Source: a virus. From it: 40,587 nucleotides of DNA. Positions within the stretch are counted from its first letter, which is position 1; the number at the start of each line of letters is the position of its first letter. Location of the stretch: the IMG/VR virus record IMGVR_UViG_3300045988_159944; one strand, 5' to 3'. The notes beneath the pieces were generated by a model. The model saw only the letters and a list, made by a program, of their open reading frames with translations, did not search any database and had not been told where the DNA came from. Made by a program: the position numbers and the translations under genes. Below are positions 7,560 to 16,476 of this stretch, in pieces.

Positions 7560-9364
7560 TGGCAAGACTACGCAGCAACCGGAAGGCCGCCGCGTTCATC
7601 CCAAGCCGCGAAAGCGAGATCCGCGGAATCGCCGACTGGTACCGTTGCATGCTCGCCGACGAGCCCGCACCGCAATGGAACACCAATCCGGTACTCATCG
7701 GCCCGACATGGCGTCGCGACGGGAACGGCTGGGTCCTTCCGCAGGCGACACTCGGCTGGCGGTTCCTCGGATGGAGCGGCTACTGGCTGCGCGACTCCGC
7801 CAAAGGACTGCCGTGGAAATGGACCAGCGAGCAGGCGAGGTTCTGGCTGTGGTTCTGGGCGTTGGACGACCATGGACGCCCCCTGCACGACAACGCCGTG
7901 CTGCAGCGGCTCAAAGGCTGGGGCAAGGACCCGATGGCGGCCGGAGGCGCGTGCGGCGCATGCTTCGCTCCGTTGACGTTCGACCATTGGGACCCCGCGA
8001 GCGGCGATCCGATCGGCCGAGACGAGCCGAACGCATGGGTGCAGGTGTGCGCCGTCAGCCAGGAACAGACCAAGAACACCATGAAACTCCTGCCGGGACT
8101 CCTGCCGGCGGCCACACGCAAATACTACGGCATCCAATTGGGCAAGCTCAACATGTACGCGATGGGCGACAGCCGGCAGATCGAGGCCGTCACCAGCTCG
8201 CCGCTGGCGTTGGAAGGAGGACGACCCACCTTCGTGATCCGCAACGAGACCCAGAACTGGAACTCGTCCAACGGCGGCAGCGACATGGACGGCGTGCTTT
8301 CCGGCAACGCCGCCAAACGCGAGGAAGGCGTCGCGGTCAAGATGCTCGACATCTGCAACGCCTACCGTGACGGCGAGGACAGCGTCGGCCAGAAGGTACG
8401 CGAGGCATGGGAGGGCACCCAAGGCGATCCCGACAGCGACGACGAGGGCAAACGCCCCAAATACCTCGACTTCGGCCTGCTCTACGATTCCCTGGAAGCC
8501 GCTCCCGACAGCCCGATGAGCGAGGACACGATAGGCAGGGTCATCGAGGACGTGCGCGGCGACAGCACCTGGCTGTCCATCAGCCGAATCGGCAAGGAGA
8601 TCCTCAATCCGAAGAACCCGGTAAGCGAATCACGGCGCAAATGGTACAACCAGTCCACGGCACCCGAGGACGCATACGTGACCCATCAGGAATGGGATCG
8701 GAACGAGCATCCCGAACTTTCGCTCGAGCATGGTGAGCGCATCAGCATGTTCCTCGACTGCTCGCTGAACGACGACAGCACCGCCCTCGTGGCCTGCCGC
8801 ATCTCCGACGGATTCGTCAAACCATTGGGCTTGTGGCAGAAGCCGGCGGGGGAGCGTGGCAAGGACTGGCGCGTGCCCAGGGAAAGCGTCGACGACGTGG
8901 TGCGCACCGCATTCCACACGTACGACGTGGTCGGCTTCTTCGGCGACCCCAGCCACGTGTTGGACTCCGAGACCGGACTGAGATACTGGGACGCACTGTT
9001 CGACAGGTGGCATCGCGACTACGGGCGCCGACTCAAGACATGGGCCGTACCGTCGGGCCGCGACAGGCACGCCGTCATGTTCGACATGATCAACACCGAC
9101 ATCCAACGCAGGTTCGTCACCGCGGTCGACCAGGCCTACACCGACATCACGGAAGGCGACTTCCCGCACGACGGTGACGCCAGACTGCGATTGCACATGC
9201 TCAACGCCAGACGCCAGCCCACGAGGGTCGGCATGAGCATCGCCAAGGAAAGCCGCGAGTCGAAACGCAAGATCGACCTCGCGATATGCGCCATCGGCGC
9301 CCGCATGGTCAGACGCGAATACCTGAACAGGAACTCCAGAAGCGGAGGAGGACAGCTATGGTGA
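7559..9364 (+). CDS. Terminase large subunit
   Basis: ATG 7559 overlaps the small-subunit TGA. About 600 aa, followed by the portal gene. Contains an MFLDCSLNDDSTALV nuclease-type acidic motif. Confidence 0.85.
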   Translation: MARLRSNRKAAAFIPSRESEIRGIADWYRCMLADEPAPQWNTNPVLIGPTWRRDGNGWVLPQATLGWRFLGWSGYWLRDSAKGLPWKWTSEQARFWLWFWALDDHGRPLHDNAVLQRLKGWGKDPMAAGGACGACFAPLTFDHWDPASGDPIGRDEPNAWVQVCAVSQEQTKNTMKLLPGLLPAATRKYYGIQLGKLNMYAMGDSRQIEAVTSSPLALEGGRPTFVIRNETQNWNSSNGGSDMDGVLSGNAAKREEGVAVKMLDICNAYRDGEDSVGQKVREAWEGTQGDPDSDDEGKRPKYLDFGLLYDSLEAAPDSPMSEDTIGRVIEDVRGDSTWLSISRIGKEILNPKNPVSESRRKWYNQSTAPEDAYVTHQEWDRNEHPELSLEHGERISMFLDCSLNDDSTALVACRISDGFVKPLGLWQKPAGERGKDWRVPRESVDDVVRTAFHTYDVVGFFGDPSHVLDSETGLRYWDALFDRWHRDYGRRLKTWAVPSGRDRHAVMFDMINTDIQRRFVTAVDQAYTDITEGDFPHDGDARLRLHMLNARRQPTRVGMSIAKESRESKRKIDLAICAIGARMVRREYLNRNSRSGGGQLW

Positions 9365-10764
9365 CCACCACCGGCTACGACAGCGAGAAACAGGCGTTCG
9401 CCGCATTGAGCACGCTGCTCATCCCGGCGTTCGACAATGAGACACCGAAACTCAACAGGATCGACCGCTGGTGGCGGTGGAACCCCAAACCCATCCGCCT
9501 CAACGTCGGAGCGACCCCGGAACACCGCATGCTGCGCGACATGGGCGAGACCCCATGGCTCGGCCTTGTGGTCACCACGCTCGCCCAGACCCTCTATCTG
9601 GAAGGAGTCGACTCCGAAACACAGGACACCGGCGACGCGCAACGCTTCTGGGAACCATGGCAGCGCAACCGCATGGGCGAACGCCAGATCGCACTGCACC
9701 GCGAGGCCATCGCATACGGCACCGCATACACCGCCGTCCAAGGCGAAGACACGCCGGACGGACTCCATGCGCGAATCGACTGCTGGAGCCCACGCGACGC
9801 CATCGCCCTCTACGACGACCCCGCATCCGACAACTGGCCGCAGATCTTCATGCGCCGCCGCAAACTCGGCGACAAAACCATCGAATACCAGCTCTGGGAC
9901 GCCTGGAGCATCTGGACATGGCGCAGGACCGGCGGCACATGGGCCTTCGACGGCCAGACACCGCATGGAGTGGCCTCGCCGGACGGCGACCCCGTCTGCC
10001 CCATCGTCAGATACTGCAACCAGCGCGACCTGCAGGGCCGCGTACCGGGAGAGGTCGAACCCTACATCCGCATGGCCAGCCGCCTGAACAAGGACAACTA
10101 CGACCGCATGCTCGCCCAACACTACAACAGCTGGAAGGTCAAAACCGCCACCGGCCTCGACATGAGCGGACTGACCGAAGCGGAAAGGGAAGCCAAGAAA
10201 CTCCAGATCGAACACGACAGCGTCCTCGCCGGCGGCATGGACGTGAAATTCGGCAGCCTGCCGGAAACCGACCTCGCCAACATCGTCGCGGCCAAGACCA
10301 GCGACGTCGAGGAACTCGCCGCGGTCAGCCAGACACCGACCACCGCGTTCGGCAAGATGACCAACGTCGGAGACGCCGGCATCGAGGAATCACGCGCCGG
10401 ATTCTACGCGAAACGAAACGAACGCCGACGCGCGTTCGGCGTCAGCCACATGGACACGCTCCGACTCGCCTCATCCGCCGAAGGACGCCAGGACGACGCC
10501 GCCAACTTCCACCTCTTCCCCAAATGGGAAGACACCGACACGAGAACCCTCAGCCAAGCAGTAGACGCACTCGGCAAAGCCGTCCAAATGCTCCACGTCC
10601 CCAACCAACTCGTCTGGGACATGATCCCAGGCATCTCCAAACCACAAGCCGACGCATGGCGCGAATACGCAGCCCAACACCCCTCCGCCGACGACATCGC
10701 AGCCCAGATCCAAATCGGACAACTCAACGGAAACGGAGCATACGACGATGGCATCGACGGCTAA
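9358..10764 (+). CDS. Portal protein
   Basis: ggaggagg RBS. Overlaps the terminase stop. About 468 aa, located between the terminase and the MuF-like gene. Confidence 0.85.
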   Translation: MVTTTGYDSEKQAFAALSTLLIPAFDNETPKLNRIDRWWRWNPKPIRLNVGATPEHRMLRDMGETPWLGLVVTTLAQTLYLEGVDSETQDTGDAQRFWEPWQRNRMGERQIALHREAIAYGTAYTAVQGEDTPDGLHARIDCWSPRDAIALYDDPASDNWPQIFMRRRKLGDKTIEYQLWDAWSIWTWRRTGGTWAFDGQTPHGVASPDGDPVCPIVRYCNQRDLQGRVPGEVEPYIRMASRLNKDNYDRMLAQHYNSWKVKTATGLDMSGLTEAEREAKKLQIEHDSVLAGGMDVKFGSLPETDLANIVAAKTSDVEELAAVSQTPTTAFGKMTNVGDAGIEESRAGFYAKRNERRRAFGVSHMDTLRLASSAEGRQDDAANFHLFPKWEDTDTRTLSQAVDALGKAVQMLHVPNQLVWDMIPGISKPQADAWREYAAQHPSADDIAAQIQIGQLNGNGAYDDGIDG

Positions 10765-11593
10765 GGGAAACATCCTGACCGACCAGCACCGCAGACGACA
10801 GGTCGCGCTCGCCATCACGGCGGACAGCCAGATGCGGCGCGTCTGGGACGACACGCTCGACGTGAACGACCTCGACCACACTCAGCCGATCTGGAAGAAG
10901 GCGATGCTCGACCTGCTCGGACAATGGTGGAAGGTCAGCGCCGACACAGCGGCGCAATACCTGCCACGGTTCCGAAAAGCCGAAATCGGCGATGGGAGCG
11001 TAAAGGTCGGCGTGCCCCGCTTCAACCGGAGCCAGGCTGGGAAACGACTCGAATGGGGCGGAGTGGCGAACATCCTGTGGCACGTGGCCATGGGACAGAC
11101 GCAGGAGGCCGCATACCTGGCCGCACGCGAACTGTTCATCGGCATGTTCCACGAGGCCGTGCTCACCGGAGGACGGCTCACCCTGCAACAATGGGCCGCC
11201 AAGGACGCGCGCGCTTCCGGATGGCGTCGCGTGTCGGACGGGCACCCATGCGCGTTCTGCGCGATGCTCGTCGGCCGTGGACCCATCTACACAAGCGAGC
11301 GGACGGCATTGTACCGCCAGTCGGATGGGGGTAAGTTCCACCCGCACTGCGGCTGCACCGTCGAAGTCGTGTACGGTGACTGGATCCCGTCCGACAAGGA
11401 GAAACAGTGGATCGACGATTATTACAGAGCCGCCGAGAGCCTGCCCAAAGGCACCGCGAGGACATACGACCGGATCCTGCCGATCATGCGCAGGACCGGA
11501 GACTACCGCGACTCGCCATCCGCCCGCGCCTCCGGAGCAATGAAAAAGGACCCTCCCTCCAAGAACCAAGGGGTTCGAACGGAAAAGCCCTAA
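10748..11593 (+). CDS. MuF-like / SPP1 gp7-like minor capsid (head morphogenesis) protein
   Basis: Motifs: GWRRVSDGHPCAFCAML.GRG.........FHPHCGCTV. Canonical position after the portal gene. Confidence 0.8.
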   Translation: MASTAKGNILTDQHRRRQVALAITADSQMRRVWDDTLDVNDLDHTQPIWKKAMLDLLGQWWKVSADTAAQYLPRFRKAEIGDGSVKVGVPRFNRSQAGKRLEWGGVANILWHVAMGQTQEAAYLAARELFIGMFHEAVLTGGRLTLQQWAAKDARASGWRRVSDGHPCAFCAMLVGRGPIYTSERTALYRQSDGGKFHPHCGCTVEVVYGDWIPSDKEKQWIDDYYRAAESLPKGTARTYDRILPIMRRTGDYRDSPSARASGAMKKDPPSKNQGVRTEKP

Positions 11594-11681
11594 ACACGAC
11601 CACCATATCAGATTTCCGCCGGGAAGAACCCGACGCCATTCCCACCCGCAGGACGGGCCGGAACAAGGAAAGGAGCCCACA

Positions 11682-12269
11682 GTGGCAGACGACAACCAGC
11701 AGGACGGCGACGTCCAGAACGAACCAGACGGCATCCAACAGCCCGATCCGAACACGAATGGCACGGAAGGACAGGAGGACGGCCGGCAGGAGCCGAGGGC
11801 CCCATGGGAACGCGAGGGCCAGCAGTTCGACCCCGCCACCGCATGGAAGCTCATCCAGAACCTCCGTGAGGAGAACGGCACCCTCAAACACAAGAACGGC
11901 GAACTCGCCGACAAGAACCGCGCATACGAGGACGCCAAGCTCACCGAAACGGAAAAGACCCAAAGGGACCTCGACGAAGCCAACCAGAAAATCGCACGGC
12001 TCGAAGCCGACAATGCCTGGGCCCATGCGCTTGCGGCGCATCCTCAGCTTTCGGCCGAGGACCGTGAACTGGTCGGAGACGGAACCCCGGAACGGATCGA
12101 GGCGAAGGCGGCGAAGCTCGCCGCACGATACGCCGCACAGGCTGCGGTGCGGAACGGGCCGGCATCCAATGAGCCGGCGAATAGGGCGAAGCCGACGGGA
12201 GGAATGGACCCGACCAGGCCGTCGCGTCCATCCGACTGGATGCGCGACGCCATCGACAACAACGACTGA
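11682..12269 (+). CDS. Capsid scaffolding protein
   Basis: GTG start after aaggaaaggag. Acidic N-terminus, coiled-coil middle (ENGTLKHKNGELADKNRAYEDAKLTETEK...LEADNAW). Directly upstream of the major capsid gene. Confidence 0.75.
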   Translation: MADDNQQDGDVQNEPDGIQQPDPNTNGTEGQEDGRQEPRAPWEREGQQFDPATAWKLIQNLREENGTLKHKNGELADKNRAYEDAKLTETEKTQRDLDEANQKIARLEADNAWAHALAAHPQLSAEDRELVGDGTPERIEAKAAKLAARYAAQAAVRNGPASNEPANRAKPTGGMDPTRPSRPSDWMRDAIDNND

Positions 12270-12290
12270 CAGCCATACAAGGAGCAGACA

Positions 12291-13256
12291 ATGGCCAACA
12301 ATTTCGATTCCAACATCAAACGCAACGACCTCGGACAGGCCCTCGTGCCCGACGAGATCAGCCAGGAGATCATCCAGACCATGCCGGAGAAGAGCGTCAT
12401 GCTCACCCGTGCAAAGCGCATGACCATGAGCGCCAGGAAGAAGACCCAGCCGGTCCTCGCCACCCTGCCGGAAGCCTACTGGGTCTCCGAGGGAGGCCTC
12501 AAGGAGACCACCAAAAGCGGTTGGGAGGACGTGAACATCACCGCCGAAGAACTCGCCGTGCTCGTCCCGATCCCGGACTCCGTGCGGGAGGACGCGTCCA
12601 TCAACCTGTTCGAGACCATGAAGCCGCTGATCGCCGAGGCGTTCGGCAAGAAGATCGACCAGGCCGCCATCTTCGGCGTCGACAAGCCGACCACCTGGGG
12701 CGACGACATCCTCTCCGGCGCGAAGACCGCCAAGAACACCATCGCGCAGGGAACCGGCAAGGACCTCGCCGCCGATGTGGCCGCCCTCGGCAAGATGCTC
12801 GCCAAGGAAGGCTACGCGCTCAACGGCTTCGCCAGCCAGCCCGGCCTCAACTGGGAACTGACCGAATTGCGTGATACGAACAACCGTCCCATCTACACGC
12901 CGAACCTGACCGACAAACAGCCGGCGAACCTGTACGGATACCCATGCAACGAGGTCCTCAACGGCAGCTGGGATCCGACCAAGGCCGTGCTGCTGGCGGC
13001 CGACTGGTCGAAGTTCATCGTCGGCATCCGACAGGACATCACCTACAAGGTGTTCGACCAAGGCGTCATCTCCAACGCCACCGGCGCGATCGTGTACAAC
13101 GCGATGCAGCAGGACAGCCAGATCATGCGAGTGGTCATGCGCGTCGGCTTCCAAGTCGCCAATCCGGTCACCCGCGTGGCCAAGAAGGGCACCCAGTACC
13201 CCGCCGGATTCATCCTCCCGCCCACCGGCGGTTCCCCCTCTCCTGAATCCCACTGA
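12291..13256 (+). CDS. Major capsid protein (HK97-fold type)
   Basis: aaggag RBS, 321 aa, positioned after the scaffold gene. The N-terminal region has typical MCP motifs (...LVPDEIS.EII......SV.L..A.......K...P...). Confidence 0.9.
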   Translation: MANNFDSNIKRNDLGQALVPDEISQEIIQTMPEKSVMLTRAKRMTMSARKKTQPVLATLPEAYWVSEGGLKETTKSGWEDVNITAEELAVLVPIPDSVREDASINLFETMKPLIAEAFGKKIDQAAIFGVDKPTTWGDDILSGAKTAKNTIAQGTGKDLAADVAALGKMLAKEGYALNGFASQPGLNWELTELRDTNNRPIYTPNLTDKQPANLYGYPCNEVLNGSWDPTKAVLLAADWSKFIVGIRQDITYKVFDQGVISNATGAIVYNAMQQDSQIMRVVMRVGFQVANPVTRVAKKGTQYPAGFILPPTGGSPSPESH

Positions 13257-13267
13257 CGGGAAGGATC

Positions 13268-13747
13268 ATGATGGCGCGTGAACCATTCGCCACCGTCCCG
13301 CAACTGGCCGAATGGCTCGGCGAGGACATCGACGAGAAGTCGGCGGACGGCAAACGGGCGGCCATGGCGCTCAGATTCGCATCCAACCGCATCCGCGCCT
13401 ACACCCGGCGCGAATGGTCGGAACCCGACCTGCCGGAGGACCTTCAGGACGTGTGCCTCACCTGCGCCGGACGCCTGTGGAGCAATCCGAACGCGGAAAC
13501 GCAATGGACGCGCCAGATCGACGACGCCATGGACGGCGGAAGCCGGAAGGTCGACGAGGCCGGCGCCTACCTGACCTCCAGCGAGAAGGAGACCCTCGAC
13601 CAGCTCGTTGCCGGCCAGTCACCGGTCATCGCCGGCATCGGCGTCCTGCACTCCACCAGGAACGAATCCGCCAACACGGACATGAGCCGATACTGGACGG
13701 ACGATGAAGACGGCGAACCGTTCCTCATGGCGAAGGTGACGGGATGA
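13268..13747 (+). CDS. Head-tail connector/adaptor (gp6-like)
   Basis: Position plus the N-terminal pattern ...ATVPQLAEWLG...D......A..AL..AS..IR.YT.R. Confidence 0.65.
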   Translation: MMAREPFATVPQLAEWLGEDIDEKSADGKRAAMALRFASNRIRAYTRREWSEPDLPEDLQDVCLTCAGRLWSNPNAETQWTRQIDDAMDGGSRKVDEAGAYLTSSEKETLDQLVAGQSPVIAGIGVLHSTRNESANTDMSRYWTDDEDGEPFLMAKVTG

Positions 13748-14166
13748 ACGACAGGACATTGACGAGAATGCGCCGGTGGGCGGAAACCCTCATGACCGAC
13801 CGGATACGCGTCACCGCACCCGGCACCGTCACGGTCGACCCGAACACGGGAGCCGAAACCGTAGCCCAGAACGTCGTCTATGACGGCAAGGGGAAGGTGC
13901 AGACGGCCGGCGGTACGGCGAGCCAGCAGCACAACGTGACCGGCAGCAACGCGGTGGGCGCGTTCGTCCTCGAATGGGGACTCTACCTCCACCTGCCCGT
14001 CACGGCCACGACGCCACGCGAGGGCTGCGAGGCCACCGTCGTGGAATCGGCCGATCCGGCCCTCGTCGGACGACGTTTCCGTCTGGTGAACATGCAATCC
14101 GAGAAGACGCACGCCACCGCCAGAAGGTGGAATGTGCAGGAGATCCCGATGGAAGGCGGCTCATGA
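13744..14166 (+). CDS. Head closure / head-tail joining protein
   Basis: ATGA-coupled. Called from size and position within the connector block. Confidence 0.55.
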   Translation: MNDRTLTRMRRWAETLMTDRIRVTAPGTVTVDPNTGAETVAQNVVYDGKGKVQTAGGTASQQHNVTGSNAVGAFVLEWGLYLHLPVTATTPREGCEATVVESADPALVGRRFRLVNMQSEKTHATARRWNVQEIPMEGGS

Positions 14167-14534
14167 TGCATATCGACTCCCATGAACTCGATGAGCTGGC
14201 GAGGAGACTCACCGTCGCCAGCGTCCGCGCGCCCATCAAAGCGGCCAACGCCGTCAAGAAAGGCGCGCAGAACATCAAAACCGCCATCAAGGCGGATCTC
14301 ACGTCGAGCGGCCATACGAACTTCCGTCGAATCCCCATCGCCTACGAGATCAGGGCCGAGGGCATGAAGGTCGAGGCGGACATCGCGCCCGTCAAATCCG
14401 TCGGCGGACTCGCCAACATCGCGTTCTTCGGCGGCGCGCACGGCGGAGGCGGCACGCACCGCTTCTACGAGCACGGCGAGGACGAGTTCGAAACGACCGC
14501 CCGATACGTCGAGGAAGCCGGGGCGAGCCTATGA
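14163..14534 (+). CDS. HK97 gp10-like tail completion component
   Basis: ATGA-coupled internal start. The sequence IDSHELDELARRL......P.K.A.AVKKGA.NIK.AIK resembles the gp10 family. Confidence 0.65.
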   Translation: MMHIDSHELDELARRLTVASVRAPIKAANAVKKGAQNIKTAIKADLTSSGHTNFRRIPIAYEIRAEGMKVEADIAPVKSVGGLANIAFFGGAHGGGGTHRFYEHGEDEFETTARYVEEAGASL

Positions 14535-14938
14535 CCGACTTCCTGAAGGTCAGGGAATCCGTCATCCGCCTCGTCGGCGAGATCCGCGGATGGGACGTGT
14601 ACACGGACGGCATCGCGCCAGCCGGCAAAACCCCTCCATGGGTCGTCGTCGGACTGACCGAAACCAGTCGCACGCATACGGAAAGCCAACGCACGGACCT
14701 GCACATCGGCAGACTCGACATCCGCATCGTCGCACGAAGCCAGACAAGCGTCGACATGCTCGCCTCGCTCCTCACGGAAAGGCTCGACGGGGCCCGACCG
14801 GACATGCCGGGACCATCCCCGCTCATCGGGGACGTGGACACCGGCAGCAACCCAAGCGACCTGACCGATCCGGACACGGGCACGCCATACATGATGCGCG
14901 TGCTCACATGGCGGATCGGCTGGCCGGAAACAACATGA
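14531..14938 (+). CDS. Tail terminator-like protein
   Basis: ATGA-coupled. It is the last small gene before the major tail protein. The call rests on position only. Confidence 0.5.
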   Translation: MTDFLKVRESVIRLVGEIRGWDVYTDGIAPAGKTPPWVVVGLTETSRTHTESQRTDLHIGRLDIRIVARSQTSVDMLASLLTERLDGARPDMPGPSPLIGDVDTGSNPSDLTDPDTGTPYMMRVLTWRIGWPETT

Positions 14939-14951
14939 AAGGAAACACACC

Positions 14952-15494
14952 ATGCAGAAAGTCCCAGCACATCTCGGAGACGGCGAATTCCGGACCATCA
15001 TGGTCGAGGAATCCGGCATCGTGAACTATCTGAAACCAACCGCCACCGAACTGAACAACACCAGCAACCTCGACCTGAGCTACTACCTGTCCGCGACCGG
15101 CTGGCACCTGACCCACAGCCAGGACATGATCGACGACGACCGCGAATCCTCCGCCGCGGTCGGACAGATCCCCGGACAGGAAAAATACTCCGACGGCAGC
15201 ATGGACCTCATCGACAACGTCAACACCCCCGACGCGACCAACTTCAACAAAGCCGTCGACACCCTCACCCGCGGCAAACGCTGCTGGATCGTCCGCCGAC
15301 GCGGCAAGGCCGTATCCGCTCCATTCGCAGCCGGGGACGTGATCTCCATCTACCTCGCGACCATCGGCATAAAAATCCCGGTCGCCCACAGCGCCAACAG
15401 CCGCCAGATGAGCACCATCAACTTCAGCGTCGACCCGATCAGCCTCGAGGAATCCGTCACCGTCGTCGACGCCGCATCCTCAACCGGCAGGTAA
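14952..15494 (+). CDS. Major tail protein
   Basis: aaagga RBS, 180 aa, immediately upstream of the chaperone pair and the tape measure gene. Confidence 0.75.
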   Translation: MQKVPAHLGDGEFRTIMVEESGIVNYLKPTATELNNTSNLDLSYYLSATGWHLTHSQDMIDDDRESSAAVGQIPGQEKYSDGSMDLIDNVNTPDATNFNKAVDTLTRGKRCWIVRRRGKAVSAPFAAGDVISIYLATIGIKIPVAHSANSRQMSTINFSVDPISLEESVTVVDAASSTGR

Positions 15495-15592
15495 ACCCAA
15501 CAACCGCACGCCCCGTGCCAGCAGCCATCCGACACGGGACGTCACCCAACCACGCAACGGACGGCAAACCACGAACGGGACGGCAAAAACAC

Positions 15593-16102
15593 ATGAACAT
15601 CACCATCACACGCCCGACGGCGCAACACCGCATCATCACCGACATGCAGGCGCTCGCGGAAAGCGTACGGCTCGGCAACAGGATCCTCGAACTCGACGCC
15701 ACGACGGATTCAACCGAGGCGGAGGCATCCGAACGCCGCAAGGAGCAGGATGCCGTCCGCGAACGGCTGGACTCGCTGCTGAAAAGTATCGAGCATAGGA
15801 CGCTCGTGGTCACGCTCCGCGGACTGAACTCCAGCCAGTGGGCGCAGATCACCCTCAAGAACTCCAGGACGGTACATGGACGGGTGGTCAGTGATCTTCC
15901 CGCCATCGCCAAGGAGGCCGCGCCGCTCATGCTGGAATCCGCCGGATGGGCCGACGGCAGCGACGTGGAATTCACCGGCGAGGAATTCTCCAGGCTCATC
16001 GATTCGATGACCGACAGCCAGGTCAACGCGCTCATGCAGACGGTGCAGGAGCTCAACACGCCGGTGGTCGAAATCCCAAAAGAGTTGACGCGGCTGGCCT
16101 AG
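15593..16102 (+). CDS. Tail assembly chaperone (G-like)
   Basis: Lies between the major tail and tape measure genes. Carries a slippery heptamer near its 3' end. Alternative start at 15515. Confidence 0.7.
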   Translation: MNITITRPTAQHRIITDMQALAESVRLGNRILELDATTDSTEAEASERRKEQDAVRERLDSLLKSIEHRTLVVTLRGLNSSQWAQITLKNSRTVHGRVVSDLPAIAKEAAPLMLESAGWADGSDVEFTGEEFSRLIDSMTDSQVNALMQTVQELNTPVVEIPKELTRLA

Positions 16103-16467
16103 CGGATCGGCTTGAGCACGCGCCGGTCCTGCTCAACGACCTGCGATGCGCGAGACGTCTCGGCATCAGCCTGAAACGATGGCTCGGATGGGCTCCATCC
16201 GACGACGACCCGATCGAATGGGACGAGACCGAACGCGACTGGATGCGCGCCCTCGACCTGTACGAGCGGCTGCACGAATGCCCATTGTGCGGGTTGAGCA
16301 CCGACCTGTGCCACGACCAAGGCAAGGTGGACAGTCTATTCGCCGGAGCGCAGGTGGAAACCTGCTGGATCACGTTCCAACGTGAACGCGCGATGCGCAA
16401 ATACGAGGAGTCCGGTACGGTGCTCGCGCCTCACGCGCAGACGGCGAACCTCATACCGAGGAACTAG
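15593..16467 (+). CDS. Tail assembly chaperone -1 frameshift fusion (GT-like), shift at 16075..16081
   Basis: The -1 frame is open from before the heptamer to 16467, just upstream of the tape measure start. Confidence 0.65.
16075..16081 (+). promoter_or_regulatory. Programmed -1 ribosomal frameshift slippery heptamer C CCA AAA
   Basis: In the zero frame the codons are atC CCA AAA gag, which fits the X XXY YYZ pattern. The site is 21 nt before the G stop codon. Confidence 0.7.
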
Positions 16468-16476
16468 AGAGGGGAG

